DNA of 64,000 nucleotides from Bacteroidales bacterium (GCA_024400505.1 JAKSMP010000001.1:5265-69264); one strand, 5' to 3'. Shown: positions 38,338-46,916, numbered from the stretch's first letter. The notes: generated by a model not told the origin, from the letters alone. Translations and numbers: made by a program.

Positions 38338-38855
38338 TAGGTAGCAGGTAGTAGGTAGTAGGTGGGAGGTAGTAGGTAGCAGGTAGGAGGTGGGGCGGGA
38401 GCCGGTGGGATGGGGGCCGGTTGTTAGGTAGCAGGTAGGAGGTGGGAGGTAGCAGGTGGGAGGTAGCAGGTAGCAGGTAGTAGGTAGTAGGTGGGCGGGA
38501 GCCGGTGGGAGGTGGTAGGTGGGAGGTGGTAGGTAGTAGGTGGGGCGGGGGCCGGGATTTTTTTAGGTAGGAGGTAGCAGGTAGTAGGTAGTAGGTGGGC
38601 GGGGGCCGGTGGGGGAGGTAGCAGGTTGTTAGGTAGCAGGTAGGAGGTAGCAGGTAGTAGGTGGGCGGGAGCCGGTGGGGGGCGGGTTGTTAGGTAGCAG
38701 GTAGGAGGTAGCAGGTAGTAGGTGGGGCGGGAGCCGGTGGGAGGGGCGGGAGCCGGTGGGGGGGGGGGGGGGGGGGGTGGGGGGGGGGGGGGTGGGGGGT
38801 AGCGGGTGGGGGGGGGGGGGGGGGCCGGGGGGGGGGGCGGGAGCCGGTGGGATGG
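38323..38855 (+). repeat. Longest heptamer array (about 530 bp) with many GGGCGGGAGCCGGTGGG motifs and an internal poly-G block
   Basis: Read directly. Its first TAG (38335-38337) is the stop of the upstream ORF. Confidence 0.95.
38758..38837 (+). repeat. Poly-G block: G20, G14, G6, G17 and G11 runs
   Basis: Counted directly from lines 38701-38821. Confidence 0.9.
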
Positions 38856-38928
38856 GGTGCAGAGTGGATTGTACAGAGTTTAGGGTGGAGAGGGTTGGGC
38901 ACAGGTGGGTTGGATGGGGAACCGCGAA

Positions 38929-39032
38929 AGACACGAAAGACACGAAATTTTTCAAGTCGCTAACGTGTTGTGCTTGCTGGAGCAAGCGAAGGCGCGAAAT
39001 TTATATAGCGTCATTTGGCGTTTTTAGCGGTT
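38929..39032 (+). repeat. CGAAA-hairpin core element, copy 6
   Basis: Same consensus. Confidence 0.9.
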
Positions 39033-39039
39033 AGAAAAT

Positions 39040-39256
39040 TAGGTGGTAGGTGTGAATAGGTAGTAGGTGTGAATAGGTAGTAGGTAGTAGGTAGTAGGTA
39101 GTAGGTAGTAGGTGGGCGGGAGCCGGTGGAGGAGGGTGGAGGTAGGAGGTAGCAGGTAGCAGGTAGTAGGTGGGCGGGAGCCGGTAGCAGGTAGGAGGTA
39201 GCAGGTAGGAGGTAGCAGGTAGCAGGTAGTAGGTGGGGCGGGAGCCGGTGGGGGGA
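39040..39256 (+). repeat. Heptamer array plus G-rich motifs
   Basis: Read directly. Confidence 0.95.
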
Positions 39257-39361
39257 TTTGCTAGCGAAAGAGTATCAGGTTTTAGGAGGCTTTTGAGGGG
39301 ATTGTGTTGTTGTGTCAAGGTTGGGATGGTGACACATCGCTTATATTTCGAAAAAAAAACG

Positions 39362-39369
39362 TATATTTG
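39362..39369 (+). promoter_or_regulatory. Candidate -7 box TAtaTTTG
   Basis: Matches Bacteroides TAnnTTTG. It lies 59 nt upstream of the ATG at 39428 in an AT-rich leader. Confidence 0.35.
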
Positions 39370-39427
39370 CAATTTACTTTATTTAGTATAAATATTATAA
39401 TAAAATATTAATCAAATATTTGCAGTT

Positions 39428-40705
39428 ATGGCAGAACGTAATATGATTTATCTGTGTCTGGCTCACATGAGCGAGAACACGATGGAAGAGAAGTATGTAC
39501 AAGAAGCTTTTGACACCAATTGGGTAGTGCCTATGGGTCCTAATGTTAATGCTTTTGAGCAGGATCTAGCTACTTTTGTGAATGGCAATGCCGATGGTTC
39601 TAATCTCGACCGCAAGGTAGTATGTCTTTCCGCTGGTACCGCAGCCATCCACCTGGCTTTGATCGCTTGTGGCGTAAAGGCTGGCGATGAGGTGTGTGTT
39701 CAATCTTTCACGTTCTGTGCATCATCACACCCCATCACCTATCTCGGTGCCAAACCTGTGTTTATCGGTTCGGAGAAGGATACTTGGAACATGGATCCAG
39801 AGTTGCTCGAAAAGGCTATCCTCGACCGTAAGGCTAAAACTGGCCATTATCCCAAGGCCATCATTCCAGTGGCTCTCTATGGTATGCCTTACCAGATTGA
39901 CAAAATTATGGCCATCGCCAACAAATATGGTATTCCCGTAATTGAAGATGCTGCCGAAGGCATGGGCTCTCGCTTTGATGGCAGAGTGCTTGGCTCCTAC
40001 GGCAAATATGGTATCCTCTCTTTCAATGGCAATAAGATGATCACCACCTCTGGCGGTGGTGCTATGATTTGTCAGAGCCCCGAAGAGGCCAACGAGATTA
40101 TGTGGTATGCTACACAGGCTCGCGACGCTTATCCTTACTATGAACATACCGCTATCGGATATAACTATCGTATGAGCAATGTGTGCGCCGGCATCGGTCG
40201 CGGCCAGATGACGGTATTGGACGAACATATCGCCCATCACAAGCATGTACAAGCTCTTTATGAAGATTTGTTGAAGGATGTTCCTGGTATCCACATGCAC
40301 TGCCAGCCAGCAGATCCTCGTTATGATGCCAATTTCTGGCTCTGCGCAGCCACCATTGACCCTGACGTGCATGTCCAAGGCCAAGAGAATGCGTATAAAG
40401 AGGTAATCAAGACAGCCGTGGGCGGTGCCGCCGGCGTCATCCATGCCGTGGATTCTGCCACTACCGACTGCCAGCCCAACGAGAACGTGGAGGCACTTCG
40501 TGTGTTTATGCTGGACAAGAAAGTAGAGTGTCGTCCCCTTTGGAAACCCATGCACAAACAGCCTGTTTATGCCTCTGCAGATGTATATACCAACAACATA
40601 GAGGAGGACCTCTTCAAAATCGGTTTCTGCCTTCCCGCAGGTCCCATGGTCACCGATGACGACGTGAAGTACATCGTTGAATGCATAAAAGAAGCAATCA
40701 GTTAA
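39428..40705 (+). CDS. DegT/DnrJ/EryC1/StrS-family PLP aminotransferase
   Basis: FEQDLATFV, VCVQSFTFCASSHPI, IEDAAEGMGS and SFNGNKMITTSGGG (Lys) motifs. Confidence 0.85.
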   Translation: MAERNMIYLCLAHMSENTMEEKYVQEAFDTNWVVPMGPNVNAFEQDLATFVNGNADGSNLDRKVVCLSAGTAAIHLALIACGVKAGDEVCVQSFTFCASSHPITYLGAKPVFIGSEKDTWNMDPELLEKAILDRKAKTGHYPKAIIPVALYGMPYQIDKIMAIANKYGIPVIEDAAEGMGSRFDGRVLGSYGKYGILSFNGNKMITTSGGGAMICQSPEEANEIMWYATQARDAYPYYEHTAIGYNYRMSNVCAGIGRGQMTVLDEHIAHHKHVQALYEDLLKDVPGIHMHCQPADPRYDANFWLCAATIDPDVHVQGQENAYKEVIKTAVGGAAGVIHAVDSATTDCQPNENVEALRVFMLDKKVECRPLWKPMHKQPVYASADVYTNNIEEDLFKIGFCLPAGPMVTDDDVKYIVECIKEAIS

Positions 40706-40733
40706 TAGTTGCAATTGGCTTATGAATAATATT

Positions 40734-40883
40734 GAACCGCAAAAAACGCAAAAGACACGAAATTTTTCAAGTCGCTAACGTGGAGGCTTGCTAGAGCAAG
40801 CAAAATCACGAAAGAATGTAGGTCACAGAATCCTACTCTTTGGAACAAAGAGAATTTTGCGTTTTTTAGCGTTTTTCGCGGTT
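40734..40883 (+). repeat. CGAAA-hairpin core element, copy 7 (long variant with CTCTTTGGAACAAAGAG insert)
   Basis: Same arms plus an internal palindrome. Confidence 0.85.
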
Positions 40884-40972
40884 AAAAACAAAAAACAGGT
40901 TGCTATGATTGTTCCACAGAGAAATAGCACCGTTGTGAGATGATTATTTAAGTGTTTACGGTATCAAGAGCT

Positions 40973-41365
40973 ATGAGCAATGGAATTCTTTATCCCAAAG
41001 AATCGTATGAAATAGTAGCTGCAATTATAGAAGTTCACAAGCAATTGGGCTGTGGTTTTTTGGAAATGGTATATCAAGATGCGCTAGAGGTTGAGTTCAA
41101 TCTGAGAAATATTCCATTTGAACGTGAAAAGAAACTGGCAGTGCAATATAAGGGAAATGTGTTAAAATCTTATTATGTGGCAGATTTTATATGTTTTGGC
41201 CATATCATTGTTGAATTAAAGGCGGTGGATGAAATATCAAATATTCATGTTGCTCAGGTTCTAAATTATCTAAAGGTTACAGGTTTTAAACTTGGATTGC
41301 TTGTGAATTTTAATGAAGTTTTTGTCCAACCGAGAAGGATCGTATTGTCTCAAAGTTCAAGATAG
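40973..41365 (+). CDS. GxxExxY protein (PD-(D/E)XK-like)
   Basis: ESYEIVAAIIEVHKQLGCGFLEMVYQDAL ... YVADFICFGHIIVELKAV ... LNYLKVTGFKLGLLVNF. Confidence 0.8.
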   Translation: MSNGILYPKESYEIVAAIIEVHKQLGCGFLEMVYQDALEVEFNLRNIPFEREKKLAVQYKGNVLKSYYVADFICFGHIIVELKAVDEISNIHVAQVLNYLKVTGFKLGLLVNFNEVFVQPRRIVLSQSSR

Positions 41366-41473
41366 ATTTATATCTAGAGGCTAGTACTTTGATTCTTGAT
41401 TTTGGCACCTGATTAACTGAATTCGAAAATGGTATGTTGATTTTATTGAATTCCAAAACAAGAAATTTATAAA

Positions 41474-42787
41474 ATGAATGAAAAACACCTATTAGAACGA
41501 AAGAACGGATTGACATTCATCCTCATCACCAGCCTTTTTGCGCTGTGGGGATTTGCCAATGATATCACGAATCCGATGGTGGCTGCGTTCCAGACACTGA
41601 TGGAACTGAGCACTGCAAAGGCGTCACTGATCCAGTTCGCCTTCTATGGCGGTTATGCCACCATGGCGATTCCAGCCGCTTTGTTTATCCGCCGATTCTC
41701 CTATAAGAAGGGAATTCTGTTGGGTTTGGCTTTATATGCCATAGGGGCATTCCTCTTTATCCCTGCAGCAGCACAGCAGAGCTTTATGTTTTTCTGCTTC
41801 TCATTGTACATCCTGACGTTCGGCTTGGCATTTCTTGAAACCACAGCTAGTCCGTATATCATGTCATTGGGTGATAAGGAGAATGCCACCCGCAGATTGA
41901 ACTTGTCACAGGCGTTCAATCCGATGGGGTCGCTCTTGGGTATGGCTACGGCTTCGATGATTGTGCTACCCAACCTGCTCTCCGACCGCCGCGACGAGAT
42001 GGGCAATATCTTATTTTCCACCCTAGGTGAGCCTGAAAAGGCAAGCATCCGGCTGCATGACCTGGCCGTGATACGCAACCCTTACGTGGCTCTTGGTGTG
42101 GTGGTACTCGTCATGTTAATCGTAATTGCACTTTTGGTGAAAAACGAAAAGACACAGATTGGTCAGCAGCCAGCAATCAACAGCGTGTCTGCTACATTGA
42201 AACGCTTGTGGAGGAATAAGTTATATCGCGAAGGGGTGGTGGCTCAGGTGTTCTATGTGGCTGCTCAGATTATGGTGTGGACTTTTATCATCCAGTATGC
42301 CGACAACTTGGGCATCGACAAGGCCACGGCTCAGAACTATAATATTTTGGCCATGGTGCTGTTCTTGTGCGGACGCTTTGTATCTACTTTCTTGATGAGA
42401 TGGGTGAATGGCCGCAAACTCTTGGTGACCTTCGGCGTTGGAGCTGCCCTTTGTGCGCTGGGTGCCATACTCATCGTGGGTATGCCGGGACTGTATTGTT
42501 TGATAGGCATCAGTTTGTTTATGAGTTTGATGTTCCCCACCATCTATGGCACAGCTTTGGAGGATGTGTCGTTAGAAGATGCAACTCTGGGGGCCGCATT
42601 CTTGGTGATGGCGATTGTGGGCGGTGCGTTGATGCCTCCGTTGCAAGGCATGATTATTGACTGTGGCACCATCCTAGGCCATCCCGCTGTGAACGTGAGC
42701 TACTGCTTACCGTTCCTCTGCTTCGTTGTGGTGACATGGTATGGGGTAAAAGGTGTTAAGCAGTTAGAGCATAGATCAAAATTATAA
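41474..42787 (+). CDS. fucP: L-fucose:H+ symporter family MFS permease
   Basis: 12 TM. WGFANDITNPMV ... SLIQFAFYGGY ... FLETTASPYI ... RLNLSQAFNPMGS aligns with my recollection of E. coli FucP. Confidence 0.8.
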   Translation: MNEKHLLERKNGLTFILITSLFALWGFANDITNPMVAAFQTLMELSTAKASLIQFAFYGGYATMAIPAALFIRRFSYKKGILLGLALYAIGAFLFIPAAAQQSFMFFCFSLYILTFGLAFLETTASPYIMSLGDKENATRRLNLSQAFNPMGSLLGMATASMIVLPNLLSDRRDEMGNILFSTLGEPEKASIRLHDLAVIRNPYVALGVVVLVMLIVIALLVKNEKTQIGQQPAINSVSATLKRLWRNKLYREGVVAQVFYVAAQIMVWTFIIQYADNLGIDKATAQNYNILAMVLFLCGRFVSTFLMRWVNGRKLLVTFGVGAALCALGAILIVGMPGLYCLIGISLFMSLMFPTIYGTALEDVSLEDATLGAAFLVMAIVGGALMPPLQGMIIDCGTILGHPAVNVSYCLPFLCFVVVTWYGVKGVKQLEHRSKL

Positions 42788-42844
42788 AAATTTTTATTTT
42801 ATTATAATAATTATATGTAATGAGCGTTATTTAATTAATTTTTC

Positions 42845-44833
42845 ATGACAAATTCATGGGAAATGAAGGTTATGATAAGAATATTGCGCAAAATATCAAA
42901 CTGGTACTTTTCTAAAGGTGCTCTGCCTTATTGGATTATCTTGGTTATCGACCTCGTGATTGTGATGGCTTCGGCTTATGTGGGAGCTTATTTCGTTTGG
43001 GGCGGCGGCGGCGTGACCAATCGTTTTTGGTCGCTGTTCAGAGGTATGTTTGTGGCAGAGGTTTTCTATTTGCTGATTTTCCGTTACCTGCATACTTATA
43101 CGGGCGTTATCCGTTTTTCTACTTTGAAGGATATTGCCGTGGTGTTGCTATCCAATCTCTTGGGCGCTGCCGTCACTTACTTGTTGGGTCGTATCTTCCA
43201 TGCTTTGGGGTGGCATTATGTGCAGCTTCTTTCATTGAAAGGCTGTGTGGCTTTGTTCTTCTTCTGTTCCATCGCCATGTCCTGTTTGCGTGTGGTAGTG
43301 AAGCTGGTTTATGATGGCTATATTCGCGACGATAAGGCTCGCCGTGTGTTCATTTATGGTGTGAAAGATGGCGGAGCCGCCATTGCTAGCAGCCTAATGA
43401 ATGAACATCCCCAGCGTTTTTGTGTGTCGGGATTTGTGAGTCCCGATGGCTCTTATGAAAGCAAATGGTTGATGGGTGTTCAGGTGCGTCGTGTGGGTCC
43501 CAATCTGGTGAAGCACATGCGTGATGAACATGCCAATATCTTGGTCGTGTCGCCCAATCGTGAGGATGAATTCCGCGCCAATGCCGAACTGGTGGATACG
43601 ATGATCCAGTCAGGAATCAAGATTATGATGTTCACCGGCGTGTCGGATTGGGATGAAAACTCCCAGCTGAACAACCCAGTTTTGCGTGAGGTGGATATTG
43701 AAGAGTTGTTGCCTCGTGAGAAAATTGAGGTGGATTTGGATACCATCGGACAGATGCTCAAGAATAAGTGCATCATGATTACGGGTGCGGCTGGCTCTAT
43801 CGGATCTGAGATTGTGCGTCAGGTGGCTACTTTTGGACCTTCAAAACTCGTTTTGGTGGATCAGGCCGAGACACCTATGCACGACATTCTGCTGATGATG
43901 AATAATCAATTCAGCTATCTGAATAGTGTGGTAATGGTTACCAGCATCACCAACAAGACTCACATGGAACAGCTTTTCCGCCAGCATCGTCCAGAATATG
44001 TGTTCCATGCTGCTGCCTACAAGCATGTGCCAATGATGGAGGATAACCCCGCTGTGGCTGTGCAAAATAATGTGTATGGCACCCGTGTGGTTGCCGACTT
44101 GGCTGTGAAGTATGGCGCAAAGAAGTTTGTGATGGTGTCCACCGATAAAGCTGTGAATCCTACCAACGTGATGGGCTGTTCCAAGCGTATCTGCGAGATC
44201 TATTGTCAGTCTCTCAACAAAGCTATCGTGGAAGGACAATGCCCCATTGAGTTGGCAGAAGGTTTGGATAAGCCTTGTACGCAGTTTGTGACCACCCGTT
44301 TTGGCAATGTATTGGGTAGCAACGGTTCTGTGATTCCCATCTTTAAAGAACAGATTAAGAAGGGCGGTCCTGTCACGGTGACTCATCCCGATATCATTCG
44401 TTTCTTTATGCTCATTCCCGAAGCTTGCCGACTGGTGTTGGAAGCTGGCACAATGGGCATGGGGGGCGAGATTTTTGTCTTTGACATGGGCGAGCCTGTC
44501 AGAATTGCCGACCTGGCCAAGCGCATGATCAAGCTCTCTGGTGCACAGAATATTGAGATTAAGTTCACCGGCCTCCGCCATGGTGAGAAACTCTACGAGG
44601 AGGTGCTTAACGAGAAGGAGCAGACCAAAGAGACCCACCATCCGAAGATCAGAATCGCCAACGTGCGCGAATACGAATATGCTGAAGCTCTCCGCAACGA
44701 GGAACGCCTGCTGGCTGAATCTTTTACTCATGACGATATGGCTATCGTGAAGATAATGAAGGAAATCGTGCCGGAGTATAAGAGCCAGTCCTCGAAGTAT
44801 GAGGTGCTGGACGGGAAGACGGAGGACAGGTAG
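42845..44833 (+). CDS. CapD/WbpM/PglF-like membrane-anchored nucleotide-sugar 4,6-dehydratase
   Basis: N-terminal TM helices, then ITGAAGSIGSE, YKHVPMME, STDKAVNPTNVMGCSKR. The stop TAG lies inside a heptamer array. Confidence 0.85.
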   Translation: MTNSWEMKVMIRILRKISNWYFSKGALPYWIILVIDLVIVMASAYVGAYFVWGGGGVTNRFWSLFRGMFVAEVFYLLIFRYLHTYTGVIRFSTLKDIAVVLLSNLLGAAVTYLLGRIFHALGWHYVQLLSLKGCVALFFFCSIAMSCLRVVVKLVYDGYIRDDKARRVFIYGVKDGGAAIASSLMNEHPQRFCVSGFVSPDGSYESKWLMGVQVRRVGPNLVKHMRDEHANILVVSPNREDEFRANAELVDTMIQSGIKIMMFTGVSDWDENSQLNNPVLREVDIEELLPREKIEVDLDTIGQMLKNKCIMITGAAGSIGSEIVRQVATFGPSKLVLVDQAETPMHDILLMMNNQFSYLNSVVMVTSITNKTHMEQLFRQHRPEYVFHAAAYKHVPMMEDNPAVAVQNNVYGTRVVADLAVKYGAKKFVMVSTDKAVNPTNVMGCSKRICEIYCQSLNKAIVEGQCPIELAEGLDKPCTQFVTTRFGNVLGSNGSVIPIFKEQIKKGGPVTVTHPDIIRFFMLIPEACRLVLEAGTMGMGGEIFVFDMGEPVRIADLAKRMIKLSGAQNIEIKFTGLRHGEKLYEEVLNEKEQTKETHHPKIRIANVREYEYAEALRNEERLLAESFTHDDMAIVKIMKEIVPEYKSQSSKYEVLDGKTEDR

Positions 44834-45015
44834 CAGTTTTTTTAGGTAGCAGGTTTTTAGGTAGCAGGTAGCAGGTAGTAGGTAGCAGGTTATTAGGTAG
44901 TAGGTGGTAGGTTTTTAGGTATGGGTAGTAGGTTATTAGGTAGTGGGTTATTAGGTAGTAGGTAGCAGGTAGTAGGTAGTAGGTAGTAGGTTTTTAGGTA
45001 GTAGGTGGTAGGAGT
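44828..45015 (+). repeat. Degenerate heptamer array (TTTTTAGGTAG / TTATTAGGTAG variants)
   Basis: Read directly. Confidence 0.9.
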
Positions 45016-45075
45016 GGGATTATTATTGGATGAATGATATTGGTGCTGACTCTGTCAGCGGTATTCTTGTCTGTC

Positions 45076-45229
45076 AACCGCGAAATACGCGAAAGGCACG
45101 AAATTTTTTCTGGATGATAACGTGAAGGCTTGCTGGAGCAAGTAAAGAACACGAAAAATTGAAGCTGACTTTGGCTGACTCTTTGGAACAAAGAGTTATT
45201 TTTAGCGTTATTTAGCGTTTTTCGCGGTT
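45076..45229 (+). repeat. CGAAA-hairpin core element, copy 8 (long variant)
   Basis: Same consensus with the GACTCTTTGGAACAAAGAGT insert. Confidence 0.9.
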
Positions 45230-45441
45230 AAGATATAGTAATGGTAACGTATAAAAATTGTTTCTCTAGCCGAGCAAGCTCGGCCAGAAGGACTGAAAGA
45301 AATTATCAGAAATGTTCCAGAAATTATTAATAATTAGTGATTTCTGATAATAATGATTCTCGAAAGGTTCAGTTTGACAGTTTCGCTTGCACTACTGAAA
45401 TTATCCAATTAATAGTGGTTGTCTAATGCAGTAGGCAGGTG

Positions 45442-45595
45442 GAACCGCGAAATACGCGAAAGGCGCAAAATTTTTCAGGACGCTAACATGAGGGCTTGCT
45501 GGAGCAAGCAAAGAACACGAAAAATTGCAGCTGACTTTGGCTGACTCTTTGGAACAAAGAGTTCTTTTTAGCGTTATTTAGCTTTTTTCGCGGTT
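45442..45595 (+). repeat. CGAAA-hairpin core element, copy 9
   Basis: Near-identical to copy 8. Confidence 0.9.
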
Positions 45596-45808
45596 AAGAT
45601 ATAATAATAGCAACGTATAAAAATTGTTTTCTAGCCGAGCAAGCTCGGCCAGAAGGACTGAAAGAAATTATCATAAATGTTCCAGAAATTATTAATAATT
45701 AGTTATTTCGGATAATAATGACTTTCTCGAAAGGTTCAGTTTGTCAGTTTCTCTTGCGATACTGACATTATCCAATTAATAGTGGTTGTCTAATGCAGTA
45801 GGCAGGTG

Positions 45809-45927
45809 GAACCGCGAAAGACGCGAAAGGCGCAAAATTTTTTCAGGACGCTAACATGAGGGCTTGCTGGGGCTAGAAAAAATGCGAAAACGAACTTGGT
45901 ATGGTCGTTTTCGCGTTTTTTTGCGTT
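45809..45927 (+). repeat. CGAAA-hairpin core element, copy 10 (right half degenerate)
   Basis: The left arm is identical; the right arm diverges after GCTTGCTGG. Confidence 0.75.
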
Positions 45928-45961
45928 ATACTTGCAGTTGGGAAATTGGATTCTCGATGGG

Positions 45962-46444
45962 CTAATCGATTGTTCTTTTGGCGGCTTGTTTGGCTTTGAT
46001 GCGGGCAACGGCGCCGGCTTCGTTGGTGGCCCATTGGTCTTCGGGAATGGCAAGGGCACCTTCCATGATCTCAGGGTTGGTTGGACGGGGCCGCTTCTTC
46101 CAGCATTCATTCTCATATTCTGCGATGGCAGTAGGGTATTGGGCTTTCAGAACCTGGAATTGTCTGAACAATTTCCGTTCATAGTCATTGTCGTGGTTGT
46201 AAATATCTTGGAGGAAGTTGTTCCAAATGCTGCGGATATTGAATCGGACAAGCATCCACCATATCGTGCCTACCGACCAGATGACAGCAATGGCCATATA
46301 TGACATTCGCAATCCAAGCGAGCGGCGGCGGAATGCCGTGCCATAGTAGAAAAGAATAGCACCTAAGCCAATGATGATGATGGCTGCTGCAATGATCATC
46401 AACAGTTTTGCAAGATTACTTTTAAGGAAAGGAGTACGTGACAT
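45962..46444 (-). CDS. Hypothetical membrane protein
   Basis: 160 aa from the ATG at 46444, with two TM helices (LLMIIAAAIIIIGLGAILFYY and MAIAVIWSVGTIWWMLV). The longer ORF-track version overlaps rhaM and is unlikely. Confidence 0.5.
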   Translation of the reverse strand: MSRTPFLKSNLAKLLMIIAAAIIIIGLGAILFYYGTAFRRRSLGLRMSYMAIAVIWSVGTIWWMLVRFNIRSIWNNFLQDIYNHDNDYERKLFRQFQVLKAQYPTAIAEYENECWKKRPRPTNPEIMEGALAIPEDQWATNEAGAVARIKAKQAAKRTID

Positions 46445-46455
46445 AGTATTATTAG

Positions 46456-46788
46456 TTATTTTAGTTGGTATATTTTTTCCATCAAATGCCATTTGTCGGT
46501 AGAGGGGGCGTTGGGATCGCATCCTTGGTATTCGGCCACAAAAGCCTCCCATTCTGCCTGTCGTGGGAGTTGGGCGAGGCGGTCCATGTCTTTCTCCCAG
46601 TCGAAATCGTCCACGGTATCGCAAATCATAAACACCTGGTTGCCGAAGCGGTAGATCTGCATATCCAGGATGCCCACTTCGTGCTGGCCTTGCATAACCT
46701 CGGGCCATACTTGCGCATGCACCTCTACATATTTTTTTATCAATTCTTCGTCGTCTCGCAGAGACAACGTCTGGCAATATCGTTTCAT
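46456..46788 (-). CDS. rhaM: L-rhamnose mutarotase family protein
   Basis: 110 aa. MKRYCQTLSLRDDEELIKKYVEVHAQVWPEV ... WEAFVAEYQ is typical of the RhaM/DUF718 fold. Confidence 0.75.
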   Translation of the reverse strand: MKRYCQTLSLRDDEELIKKYVEVHAQVWPEVMQGQHEVGILDMQIYRFGNQVFMICDTVDDFDWEKDMDRLAQLPRQAEWEAFVAEYQGCDPNAPSTDKWHLMEKIYQLK

Positions 46789-46916
46789 TCTCTCTTCGTT
46801 TTCAAAAATAACGTATGCTACTTATTTTTATTGTATAATTCGTTGGCGGAAGTCGGAGAGTTATTAAGCATGTGCATAAGGATTTCTGATTTCCATCGGG
46901 TGGTACCTAGATAATA

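Larger units (their letters stand above)
45076..45927 (+). repeat. 367-bp tandem repeat, about 2.3 copies
   Basis: Unit starts (AACCGCGAAA) at 45076, 45443 and 45810. Each unit is a long core plus a roughly 210-bp AT-rich segment with hairpins GCCGAGCAAGCTCGGC and ATTATCAGAAAT...ATTTCTGATAAT. Confidence 0.9.

Noticed and set aside
32347-39256. Possibility that the regularly spaced repeats are a CRISPR array.
   Set aside because: The period is 7 nt with no unique spacers, no repeat of about 28-37 nt, and no cas genes in the window.
32346-39372. Many ORF-track entries inside the repeat region, on both strands: 32346..32651, 32494..32736, 33817..34071, 34099..34722, 35348..36043, 36010..36264, 38629..38985, 38756..39034, 39031..39372. 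Also 59206..59592 at the distal array.
   Set aside because: They are translations of heptamer arrays, G-rich motifs and hairpin cores (YYLLPATYYLLP..., PPPPP..., GGGGG..., recurring MLQQAQHVSSLKKKFRAFRVFRGS). They are low-complexity, repeat-derived and overlap one another, so they are not genes.
45962-46777. The 271-aa ORF overlapping rhaM.
   Set aside because: Its upstream 110 codons are an Arg/Pro-rich alternative frame of the well-supported rhaM gene. The ATG at 46444 gives a compact 2TM protein that does not overlap rhaM.
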